Source: an uncultured Spirochaetota bacterium
GTDB lineage: Bacteria; Spirochaetota; Brevinematia; Brevinematales; JAOACQ01
Direction: 5' to 3'
Length of the DNA stretch: 64,000 bases
Assembly: GCA_963796325.1 (NCBI GenBank)
Contig: CAWCLF010000001.1
Span: 2,523,242 to 2,587,241 of the forward strand
Of the stretch, positions 8,681-16,488 are shown piece after piece; the first letter of the stretch is position 1; every line of letters begins with the position of its first letter. A program made the translations under genes and the position numbers. A model generated the notes under the pieces. That model saw only the letters and a program-made list of their open reading frames with translations. It did not search any database and was not told where the DNA came from.

Positions 8681-9612
8681 ATCGGATCATGCCCGGGTTT
8701 CTTATGATACAGAGCGTTTAAAAGCCGGGTCTTGTTGCGAAGGCCGGTCTTTTTGAAAATATTCTCAATATGCTTTTTAAGGGTCTTCTCGCTTATGAAA
8801 AGCCTGTACGCAATTTCCCTGTATGTCAGGCCGTCGTAAATAAAAGGAATGATCGATTTTTCCCTCGCGGATAATATTTTGAACAGGCTGTTATTGCTCA
8901 GTTCTGCAGGCGAGTCCCCCATCAAGCCGTATCTCTGTATGGCAATCAGGATGCTGAATATGTAAAAAAGAAAAGATATGTGCGTGATCCTCGGTATCAC
9001 CTGCCTGTCGAGGATAAAGGGCTGAATGTAATTGATCAAAGAATGAATAACGATGCTGATAATCAGGCCTGTAATGATAAAATCGGTCATGAGCACTTCC
9101 CTGAGCATCCTGGTTTTATGCCTCAGATTTATGAGCATGCCGAACGATGCGGCAATATACAGGTAGTAATAAACGATATAACTTATGTCCCATCCGTTTA
9201 CCGGTTTTATCAATTCGAACCAAGTGCCGTTTAAGAGTACAAAATCCTTTGTCAGGCTGTACCCGGCATATTCCTTGATAGTAAAAAATATTGCCGGTAA
9301 ATATAAGAGCGATACTGCAAGCGGGTATTTTTTAATTCTCTCTGTATTATGGCTCAGTAAAAAAATAAAATGAACCTGCAGGCATATCGGGAATGCATTT
9401 GTGAAACAGAATATGCGGAAAATCAGCCTGGCTGTCTCTTTATCCGGAGCCGAGTAAATCAGGGCATGATAAATGGAAAAAATGCCCAGCATAATGGCGC
9501 CGGCTGCAAAAACAATATTGATCTGCGACCTGCTGTTTCTTAAAAGGACAAACAGGGCCATCTCAATGTAGATCGTGAAGGCAATAACTGATAGTATCGA
9601 ATATAAATTCAT
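8677..9612 (-). CDS. Polytopic membrane protein fused to a C-terminal LuxR/GerE-type HTH (tandem paralogue)
   Basis: 311 aa, alignable over its full length with the downstream gene (MNLYSILSVIAFTIYIEMALFVLLRNSRSQINIVFA versus MNIYSILSFIFFTIYAEFSIFVLLRNFRSRINRIFA). HTH: LSAREKSIIPFIYDGLTYREIAYRLFISEKTLKKHIENIFKKTGLRNKT. ATGA stop/start overlap at 8677-8680. Confidence 0.75.
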   Translation of the reverse strand: MNLYSILSVIAFTIYIEMALFVLLRNSRSQINIVFAAGAIMLGIFSIYHALIYSAPDKETARLIFRIFCFTNAFPICLQVHFIFLLSHNTERIKKYPLAVSLLYLPAIFFTIKEYAGYSLTKDFVLLNGTWFELIKPVNGWDISYIVYYYLYIAASFGMLINLRHKTRMLREVLMTDFIITGLIISIVIHSLINYIQPFILDRQVIPRITHISFLFYIFSILIAIQRYGLMGDSPAELSNNSLFKILSAREKSIIPFIYDGLTYREIAYRLFISEKTLKKHIENIFKKTGLRNKTRLLNALYHKKPGHDPI

Positions 9613-9681
9613 ATTTAAATTTTCATGCAGTTTATTTTATATCTCTTTTACCGATTGTTCAAGATAGTTTTGTAAAAAGTA

Positions 9682-9731
9682 TTGACATCGTAACAATGTT
9701 ATGTTATACTATTTGTAACAAAACATTGTTA
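9682..9731 (+). promoter_or_regulatory. Sigma70-type promoter with a flanking 10-bp inverted repeat (candidate operator)
   Basis: TTGACA (9682-9687), 17-nt spacer, TATACT (9705-9710). TAACAATGTT (9691-9700) is the exact reverse complement of AACATTGTTA (9722-9731), so the repeat brackets the -10 and the predicted start site. Confidence 0.5.
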
Positions 9732-9760
9732 TGTGCAATTTTGTGATGCGGGAGGTTTCT

Positions 9761-10399
9761 ATGGAAGAAGAGGACCTGATAACGAAGAAGGATCTGCTGA
9801 AATTGACGGGCATTTCCTACGGACAGCTTTACAGGTGGAAACGGGAAAATCTTCTGCCCGAATCATGGTTTGTCAAAAAACCGTCTTTTACCGGCCAGGA
9901 AACCTTTTTCCCCAGGGAAAGGATCCTGAAAAGGATAAGAGGCATACTTGAATTGAAAGACCGCTACTCGCTCGAAGAGATGGCCGAAATGCTGAGCCCG
10001 GAATTGACTATGAGGCCTTTCGACATCGGCGATTTAAAGAATACAGGCCTTTTCGACCCGGAAGTCCTTGAATTATTTGAAAATGTTTTAAAAAAAGATA
10101 CATTCAGTTTTATCGAACTTCTTTTCATCAGCATTTCCTGCGAACTTAAGAAAAGCATGGGGGCGGGCCCTGAACAGCTTGAGGTATTGATCCTGTCCAT
10201 GAAGGAATGGCTGCCCGAAATGAAAGATGCTTCATACAGGTTGATCGTATCGGGGAAAAATGCCGACAATTATTTCCTCCTTCTTAAACAGGACTCGATT
10301 GTCTTTTTCGATAAAGACACGCAAAAGCTCGCAGTTTTCGACCTTGACGAGATTTCCAGGGAACTTAATATAAAATTCAATGCAAAGCAGGGCATATAA
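9761..10399 (+). CDS. MerR-like HTH protein (YhbD/DUF4004-like)
   Basis: I placed the start at the ATG preceded by GGGAGG. The N-terminus LITKKDLLKLTGISYGQLYRWKRENLLPESWFVKKPSFTGQETFFPRERILKRI resembles MerR-type winged HTH proteins of the B. subtilis YhbD type, which precede bactofilin-like genes. Confidence 0.65.
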   Translation: MEEEDLITKKDLLKLTGISYGQLYRWKRENLLPESWFVKKPSFTGQETFFPRERILKRIRGILELKDRYSLEEMAEMLSPELTMRPFDIGDLKNTGLFDPEVLELFENVLKKDTFSFIELLFISISCELKKSMGAGPEQLEVLILSMKEWLPEMKDASYRLIVSGKNADNYFLLLKQDSIVFFDKDTQKLAVFDLDEISRELNIKFNAKQGI

Positions 10400-10427
10400 A
10401 AGAATATATAAAATCGGGAGGCGATTA

Positions 10428-11144
10428 ATGGAAAATATTACTGATGCCGGGATATCCGGAATGGGCAGGATGGGCGGAGGGAAATACAGGAATATAAGTA
10501 TTTCCGGGAAGGGCGAGATCGACGGGGATGTCACGGCGGAAACGTTGTCGGTATCCGGGATGGGCACCGTCAGGGGCAACGCTTTTATCGGAAAGATAAA
10601 AACCAGCGGAACCTGCAGGATAACCGGAAGCGTCGAAGGCGATTCCCTGAGCGACTCAGGCACTTTATCCATAGGAGGAAACCTTAAATCCGGCAACATA
10701 TCCGTCAGCGGCACAATTTCAGTAAAGGGCGGTATAAAGTCGAACATCTTCCATTCCAGCGGTTTTATAACCTGCACCGACGGCGTCGAGGCCGAAGAAT
10801 TCGTTTCGGACGGAGGGTTCAGGATCTCGGGGCTTATAAACTCCAACCATGTAAAGATAAATTTCGGGTGGAACAGTTACGCAAAGGAGATCGGAGGCGA
10901 AAACATAGAGATAAGACGTTACGGTCTGGGTTTAGGCTACCTGCTGGAACTTTTCGGGAAAAGGGACAGGCTGGAAACCGACCTGATCGAGGGAACGGAT
11001 ATCTACGCCGAATACACTGTCGCCCATATCGTCCGTGGAACCGATGTCGTGATCGGGGACAAATGCGAAATCGGGCTTGTCGAATACAGCGGTTCGTTCA
11101 AATGCGCCCCGGGAGCGGTCGTCAAAAAAAGCGTTAAGGTATGA
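10428..11144 (+). CDS. Bactofilin-like polymer-forming protein (YhbE/YhbF-like)
   Basis: I placed the start at the ATG preceded by GGGAGG. Repetitive beta-helix-type sequence (ISISGKGEIDGDVTAETLSVSGMGTVRGNAFIGKIKTSGTCRITGSVEGDSLSDSGTLSIGGNLKSGNISVSGTISVKG). Confidence 0.7.
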   Translation: MENITDAGISGMGRMGGGKYRNISISGKGEIDGDVTAETLSVSGMGTVRGNAFIGKIKTSGTCRITGSVEGDSLSDSGTLSIGGNLKSGNISVSGTISVKGGIKSNIFHSSGFITCTDGVEAEEFVSDGGFRISGLINSNHVKINFGWNSYAKEIGGENIEIRRYGLGLGYLLELFGKRDRLETDLIEGTDIYAEYTVAHIVRGTDVVIGDKCEIGLVEYSGSFKCAPGAVVKKSVKV

Positions 11145-11249
11145 GCCCCCATCCTGAGCCGAATCCTGAGCCAAAGGCCCGAAGGTGCCCGACAGGGTAG
11201 AGGTTATTGGAAGCGCCCTTAATTAATTGATTGTAAAGGAGAAAAAATT

Positions 11250-12095
11250 ATGAAAATAACATTAACTACTTTCCTTTCCGGCCTGATATTGACGGCGTTA
11301 CTTTCCTGCGGGGGAAACAGGTTTGTCAATTCGCCTATGAAAGCAGGCAAATTCTCGATCTCGGATAATGAAATGCTGACTTACACATACTACAGTAACG
11401 GTGAAAGGAACAGCATCATAACTATCGTTATCAAAACCAATAAAGACCCTGTATGGGGAAACACCGCCACAATGTACGAATTTTTCGAATTTGTCACGAA
11501 TATGAGGAAGCCGCCGGAAAACTACTCCGATTTTGACGGCTTCCAGAAAGTGTCGCTGGATAAAGCCACCCTGGTGGAGGAAACAAGGAACTGGGAATTC
11601 GCGAAGAAGGAGTTTAAAGGCTTTCCCTATTACCAGCATTATGAGCTGGATGCCAGGGACGAAACTTACAATTACACGGCAAAAAGCTGGAGCGGCAGCG
11701 AGACGCGGGAAAGCCGTTCACGCATAAGCCTTAAAAATAAGATGCAGTACCCCATTTGGACCATGCAGAGCCTTGTGTTTATCGGCCTGCGGTTCCTGGA
11801 TACCTCGAGTCCGGGAATATTTTATCTGGTGGAACCATGGATGATGAAGGAACCCATGCCGGTCAGGGGGAAATATCTCGGCAGCGAGGATATCGAAACG
11901 AAAGCGGGCAGGTTCAGGACGAGAAAAGAAGGTATGGATTTAGCCGACGTCTTCATCGGCAGGCTGCTCGAGCCTTATACGAAAAATATGATCGTATGGG
12001 CGGACGTTTCGTCGGGAAGGATAATCAAGATAAAAGGACCCGGTGAAGAGGATTACCTTGATAGCATATCCATATTTACTAATAAAAAGAAATAA
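11250..12095 (+). CDS. Lipoprotein of unknown function
   Basis: 281 aa, lipobox LTALLSCGG, RBS AAGGAG upstream. Confidence 0.6.
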   Translation: MKITLTTFLSGLILTALLSCGGNRFVNSPMKAGKFSISDNEMLTYTYYSNGERNSIITIVIKTNKDPVWGNTATMYEFFEFVTNMRKPPENYSDFDGFQKVSLDKATLVEETRNWEFAKKEFKGFPYYQHYELDARDETYNYTAKSWSGSETRESRSRISLKNKMQYPIWTMQSLVFIGLRFLDTSSPGIFYLVEPWMMKEPMPVRGKYLGSEDIETKAGRFRTRKEGMDLADVFIGRLLEPYTKNMIVWADVSSGRIIKIKGPGEEDYLDSISIFTNKKK

Positions 12096-12179
12096 TCGGC
12101 CGGTCCTTCGGAATACATAAGCCCCTGCCGCAGCCATCTATCCGAATTTGATATAACCAGCCGCCGGGCTCCCATAATT

Positions 12180-12787
12180 TTAAAAACTCACTGCCTTATG
12201 CTGGGCTTCCTTGATCGCCTTTCCTACAATCCCTTCGACATCTGCGCCGATGATGTCCAGTCCTTCGGCCGCGATAGTGATAAATTCCCGGATCCCGAGG
12301 AAAGCAAATAAAGTCCTTATATACCTGTCTCCCATTTCAAAAGCCGATCCCGGACCTTCCAGATACGATCCCCCCCTTGCAGTGATATTTACAGCCTTTT
12401 TGCCCTGGCATAAGCCGACAGCGCCCTCCGGTGTGTATTTAAATGTAATCCCTGTAACGGTTATATAATCAAGATATGCCTTGAGTATGGCCGGTATGCT
12501 CAGGTTCCACAAAGGTTCGGCTATTACATATTATCGGCTTCCAGGAATTGAAACGCATACTTCAGAACAGGATGATCCCTGCCCTTTTCAGGATCTGCAG
12601 GCCTGTGCAAATCCATCAGATCTCCTGCAGGCAGGAAAGCTATCCCGTCTTTATACAGGTCAAGAGTTGTTATTTCATCTGCAGGATGATATTCCCTGTA
12701 CGAGTCGATAAAAGAATTCGAAATTCTGTATGTTCTCGAAACTCCCTCCGGTCTTGCATTCGCTTTTATATATAAAAGTTTTGCCAT
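12180..12787 (-). pseudogene. azoR: FMN-dependent NADH-azoreductase interrupted by a 1-nt frameshift
   Basis: The N-terminal piece MAKLLYIKANARPEGVSRTY...FLEADNM stops. Shifting one base at about 12528-12534 restores [35 protein letters not shown], the conserved AzoR core. Confidence 0.75.
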
Positions 12788-12897
12788 AAATTATAACTCC
12801 TTTATACCTCAACTGCTTTTTTTGCGTCAAAAGCAATTCTCATTAATAAAGTAATAAATTTGAACGCGGCGGGCAATAAAAGCAATAGAAGAAATAT

Positions 12898-13169
12898 TTG
12901 ACAATGTTGAACAGCCTGTTAAAATGATAAAAAGGCTTGATAAATGGGAACCCCGGCGGGACAGGGCTGGGGGACCCGTTACTGTCAAAATTGCTCTCCG
13001 GAATAGGCGGCAAATCGATGGTCTGGGTGGACTCGGACGGCCTGCTATTGATGGCCGTAAGTCCCTGGACAAAGCTTGTCATTTCCCAAAAGGGGTCGTG
13101 CCCGCTGGGGAAAACTCAATAAGTTAGCGGCATATTCCTATTTACACCGCTGGTTCCAGGGTCTTTTTT
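12898..13169 (+). ncRNA. Candidate stand-alone structured RNA with its own promoter and terminal T-tract; family unassigned
   Basis: TTGACA (12898-12903), 16-nt spacer, TAAAAT (12920-12925). About 235 nt of GC-rich, hairpin-dense sequence follows: GACAG/CUGUC at 12960-12985, ACGGCC/GGCCGU at 13037-13058, GACAA/UUGUC at 13068-13080, AGCGG/CCGCU at 13126-13152. It ends in CCAGGGTCTTTTTT (13155-13169). There is no credible ORF and no downstream gene on the + strand. Confidence 0.35.
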
Positions 13170-13252
13170 GATATTATCCCTTTAAACCATTTATACCAGT
13201 TTTGTACCGCTCCGATTATAGCATCTCATCGGAGGTATCTTACCGGATATAT

Positions 13253-14854
13253 TTATTCGAAATGCTTGAAAGGATAACTTTTCCATGCTTCCCTTAATGG
13301 TTTATGCAACCCCCTGCAAAGAAAAATCTCTGAGTTTTTTTCATCCAGCATCGCATATTTAGCCCCGATTTTCCCTTCGATTACCACCTCGGTAAAATAA
13401 TCGGGCAGGATTTTGTCAGCATAGTCGGGGGCTATAAAAAGCATCACATCGCCGGTATTATTGCCCGGCCCCCAGAAATACCAGATATTATGCCCGCAGA
13501 CAGGCTCGGGCAGGCCGTATTTCGGACCGTAATAATGGAGGGCGCCGGCTTCTCCATAATTTGCAGTCATAATACATACCTTCTTTTTATCGGAATCGCT
13601 CAATTTTTGATAGACTCCGGCGACAGCTTCCGTCATTTCCTCCCACCCGAAACAGTCGGCGAAAATCTGCGGAAGGGATCCGGAGTCATGCTTTTCATCC
13701 GAGTCAAACTTTTTCCCGCCTGAATATTTAATAAAGGCTTCCGGAGAAAGTACCGGCCGGTTATATGGTATGGATATTACAGCGTGTATTGCGATGATTA
13801 AAGTGACGAGCGCGGTGATGGCTGCAGCCGCTCTTTTAAGCCAGCTTATTTTAATTTTTTCGATAAGCCGGGTTATGAAAACCGCTCCCCCGGCAAAAAG
13901 GACGGTATAATACGGGTAAATAAGGTAAGACTTTGCCTGCTGCAGACTAAAAACCGCCCAGAGGATAAAAAAAGAAAGCCCGAAAACCCTGTATTTTTTG
14001 CCTTCTCTGTTGAACAGGAAAAATATTATTCCCGATATCCAAACAGGAAAAGCATATTGGTTAAGATATTGAAGCGGGGATGAAAATCTGAGTTTGGCCG
14101 CATAACCTTTAAAATACTCGATAATGGGAAAATTGTAATAAACCTGCCAGAGAATGAAGGGAAGGAAAATAGACGCTGCGATCAAACCGCCTAGCAGAAA
14201 ACGCCTGTCAAAAAGAAATTTCCTGTCTTTAAGGGCCAGGAACGACAGGAATAACGCAAAACCCAGCCAAAGCATGGTGACCTTGGACATCAGACCGAGA
14301 CCGGCAAAAAGCCCGAAATACAGCCAGTATTTTTTATCCCCCGATACAAGCAGAAGCAAAATCATATACAGGGAAAGCGTCCAGAAGATCCTGTCGAACG
14401 CATTATAATCAAAATTGCTATATATAAAGTAAGGAGCCAGGGTTACGCAGACGAGGCAGATTAACGTGGCGTAAATGCTCCCTCCCATTTTTTTTACCAT
14501 CAAAGCCGAAACAATAATAACACCGGAACTGAGCAATGCCGGCACCAGGTGCAGGGAAAAGTAAGAAGTCCCCAATAAAGCCCGTACTCCCGCCAGGATC
14601 AAAGGAGCGATAGGCGGCACTTCGAGATAAGCCCAGCCCAGGCGGTCGGAAAGGGATATATACAGAAGTTCATCACGGAAAATACCGTAATTGTAAGGAT
14701 AGAGGCAGATAATCAGATTAATGATAATAAAATAGCAAATAATAGCTATTTCACCGAGAAAAAATTCCTTACTGAATAATTTGCTAAAAAACCGGTATTT
14801 TCCGGACAGTTCACCGCTTTGATAAAGCCCTGCCGGGTTTTGACTTTTGACCAT
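13253..14854 (-). CDS. GT-C fold glycosyltransferase, family 39 (ArnT/PMT-like)
   Basis: I placed the start at the ATG preceded by AAGGAGG. The protein is polytopic, and its first periplasmic loop carries RDELLY...EVPPIAPL, typical of ArnT/PMT-type lipid-linked sugar transferases. Confidence 0.7.
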   Translation of the reverse strand: MVKSQNPAGLYQSGELSGKYRFFSKLFSKEFFLGEIAIICYFIIINLIICLYPYNYGIFRDELLYISLSDRLGWAYLEVPPIAPLILAGVRALLGTSYFSLHLVPALLSSGVIIVSALMVKKMGGSIYATLICLVCVTLAPYFIYSNFDYNAFDRIFWTLSLYMILLLLVSGDKKYWLYFGLFAGLGLMSKVTMLWLGFALFLSFLALKDRKFLFDRRFLLGGLIAASIFLPFILWQVYYNFPIIEYFKGYAAKLRFSSPLQYLNQYAFPVWISGIIFFLFNREGKKYRVFGLSFFILWAVFSLQQAKSYLIYPYYTVLFAGGAVFITRLIEKIKISWLKRAAAAITALVTLIIAIHAVISIPYNRPVLSPEAFIKYSGGKKFDSDEKHDSGSLPQIFADCFGWEEMTEAVAGVYQKLSDSDKKKVCIMTANYGEAGALHYYGPKYGLPEPVCGHNIWYFWGPGNNTGDVMLFIAPDYADKILPDYFTEVVIEGKIGAKYAMLDEKNSEIFLCRGLHKPLREAWKSYPFKHFE

Positions 14855-15257
14855 TGAATCCCTCCTTAATTCTTGAATAATCCGGTAAGCTATTGACATT
14901 CAAAACCAATTAATTTATTTTAGTTTGTATTGCCCGTTTTGTCGAGTTTTGCCGCGGCCTGCCTGAAAGAAAAGATACTTCATCTCTTTGACAGCTTTCT
15001 GAAAAAAACGGAAGCATTGACTGCTCGATCCTCTCGCCGACCTTGTCATTATGCCCTCCTTTGATATGGTGTATTCCGTATTTTTTAAGCATGGAATCTA
15101 ATACAGGCATCCTGACGGAATCCATTTGAATTCGACGGAATCCCCCCATTCGATTTTTATACCGGAAAGTCTTATTTCCGAATAACAGCAGGCCTTCACT
15201 TCCCAGTCAACGGTATCAGACCTTGCTGTGGAAAGCTTCCGATTTGATATTATCCCT

Positions 15258-15623
15258 TTAAATATAAAGCCTTGAAGAAAGGTATATAGTAACAAGGCCT
15301 GTAACGATATTGGAAAAAATCAAAAAATTGGATACCGCCAGGTTGAAGCTCTTCTTCCTGCGCACAAGGGCCTTGTGGATCAGGAACGGAAGAAGTCCGG
15401 CGATCCCTGATATAATGCCGATTATGTTTCCTGCAACGCTGCCCCTGTCTATCTCGTACAATCCCCAGAAAAGGATGAGAATTAAAGGCAGGTTGAAAAT
15501 AACAAAACCGCTTATCTTGCCGGGCAGTTTCAATATCTTCCATTCCTCCCAGTAAGCGGACTCGATCTCATGCAGTATAAGAATAACAGCATTAAGGATA
15601 TAGAAAGCAGTCAATATATTCAT
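15258..15623 (-). CDS. Small integral membrane protein (4 predicted TM segments)
   Basis: 121-aa ORF with four hydrophobic stretches. No family recognised. Confidence 0.5.
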   Translation of the reverse strand: MNILTAFYILNAVILILHEIESAYWEEWKILKLPGKISGFVIFNLPLILILFWGLYEIDRGSVAGNIIGIISGIAGLLPFLIHKALVRRKKSFNLAVSNFLIFSNIVTGLVTIYLSSRLYI

Positions 15624-15937
15624 ATTCGGCCTTCCTCCGTTATAATTTTCTCATTTGATTCATTGAAAGGGTTATCGCCGGAAAGGACAACCCGACTCAA
15701 TTTATCGGAAGGGGTCTGTCTTACCTTGATTAAAAATATTATGCAATCGGTTATTTTCCTCAGCCGGCCCGATTTCATTGCTTCTTTAAACTATTGGAGC
15801 CCTGATGCCGATCATTTTATAACTATGTTTTTTAAGGCAGTTTAAAGAGAAAAAACAGAATATATATTGACAAAATCGAGTTTTGATCTAAATTATATGC
15901 TGATCGATTGGAATAAAAATATTTACAGGAGGCTTTT

Positions 15938-16477
15938 GTGAATAACAAAAAATTCAGATGGCGGTATTTTATTGATAAACCATTTCAGCTCAGGTTTATT
16001 TACAGGTTTTCCGTACTAATCATCATAAGCCTCGGAGTTTTCCTGGTCGCACTGGGAGTCGTGAACTATTACAGGTACAACAGGGGCCTTTATGTCCAGT
16101 ATTCGATGGATCCTGTCAAGCTTAAAGCCATCGATGCCGAATCGACTGCCGATAAAATCAAGGATACGATAGTTCTGCAAAAATATTTTGACCTTTCAAG
16201 GCAAAAAAATCTTTTCCAGATCTACTGGAGGCCTCTTGTCGGTATGAGCGTAATATATATCTTCGTAATTGCATTATTCGGTCTGTTTATTTCACACAAG
16301 ATGGCAGGCCCTGTGTACAGGATAAAGAGGGATCTTGAAGACGCCGCCAACGGCAAGATGGATCTGAAGACTCTCCGCTTCCGGCTTAGAAGGGGCGACG
16401 AACTGAAAGACCTTGTCGCTTCTCTCAATAATTTTCTTGAAAAAACCAAGGCCTGCGATACGGCCCCGAAGAAGTGA
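15938..16477 (+). CDS. Membrane protein with a HAMP-like domain
   Basis: GTG start after AGGAGG. Two TM segments flank a ~70-aa loop, followed by ISHKMAGPVYRIKRDLEDAANGKMD...GDELKDLVASLNNFLEK (HAMP pattern). An upstream promoter-like TTGACA/TAAATT lies at about 15868-15895. Confidence 0.6.
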   Translation: MNNKKFRWRYFIDKPFQLRFIYRFSVLIIISLGVFLVALGVVNYYRYNRGLYVQYSMDPVKLKAIDAESTADKIKDTIVLQKYFDLSRQKNLFQIYWRPLVGMSVIYIFVIALFGLFISHKMAGPVYRIKRDLEDAANGKMDLKTLRFRLRRGDELKDLVASLNNFLEKTKACDTAPKK

Positions 16478-16488
16478 TAAGCTGAGGT

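Noticed and set aside
12794-12830. A promoter call for azoR (TTGACG-18-TATAAA on the minus strand).
   Set aside because: The spacer is 18 nt, and the -10 would sit directly against the GGAG ribosome-binding site. That leaves no room for a start site upstream of the RBS, so the hexamers are probably fortuitous in AT-rich sequence.
12940-13110. Calling the 12.9-13.2 kb element a cobalamin (B12) riboswitch, or alternatively a c-di-GMP-I, FMN, glycine or TPP riboswitch, tmRNA, RNase P, SRP or 6S RNA.
   Set aside because: Only the GGGAA...CCCG-UUACUGU portion resembles the B12 core. I found no clean B12 box (AGUCAGGAGACCUGCC) or GCCACUG element, and no gene follows on that strand. The diagnostic motifs of the other families are absent (GGAAAGUCC for RNase P, the tRNA-like 3' end for tmRNA, GGAAGGAAGCAGC for SRP). 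I kept it only as an unassigned RNA candidate.
12924-13127. Short ORFs inside the RNA-candidate region (67 aa and 61 aa on the + strand; 79-81 aa on the minus strand).
   Set aside because: The + strand ATG sits inside the -10 hexamer with no RBS. The sequences are Gly/Arg/Pro-rich, as expected from GC-rich structured RNA, and no family resemblance was seen.
14910-15295. Two overlapping small minus-strand ORFs (65 aa and 79 aa) that could be joined across the G6 run at 15138-15143 into one ~120-aa protein (..IKIEWGDSVEFKW.. / ..MPVLDSMLKKYGIHHIKGGHNDKVGERIEQ..).
   Set aside because: I could not recognise a family for either piece or for the joined product. The first piece overlaps the 3' end of the 15258-15623 gene. 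It may be another frameshifted gene, but the evidence is too thin to annotate.
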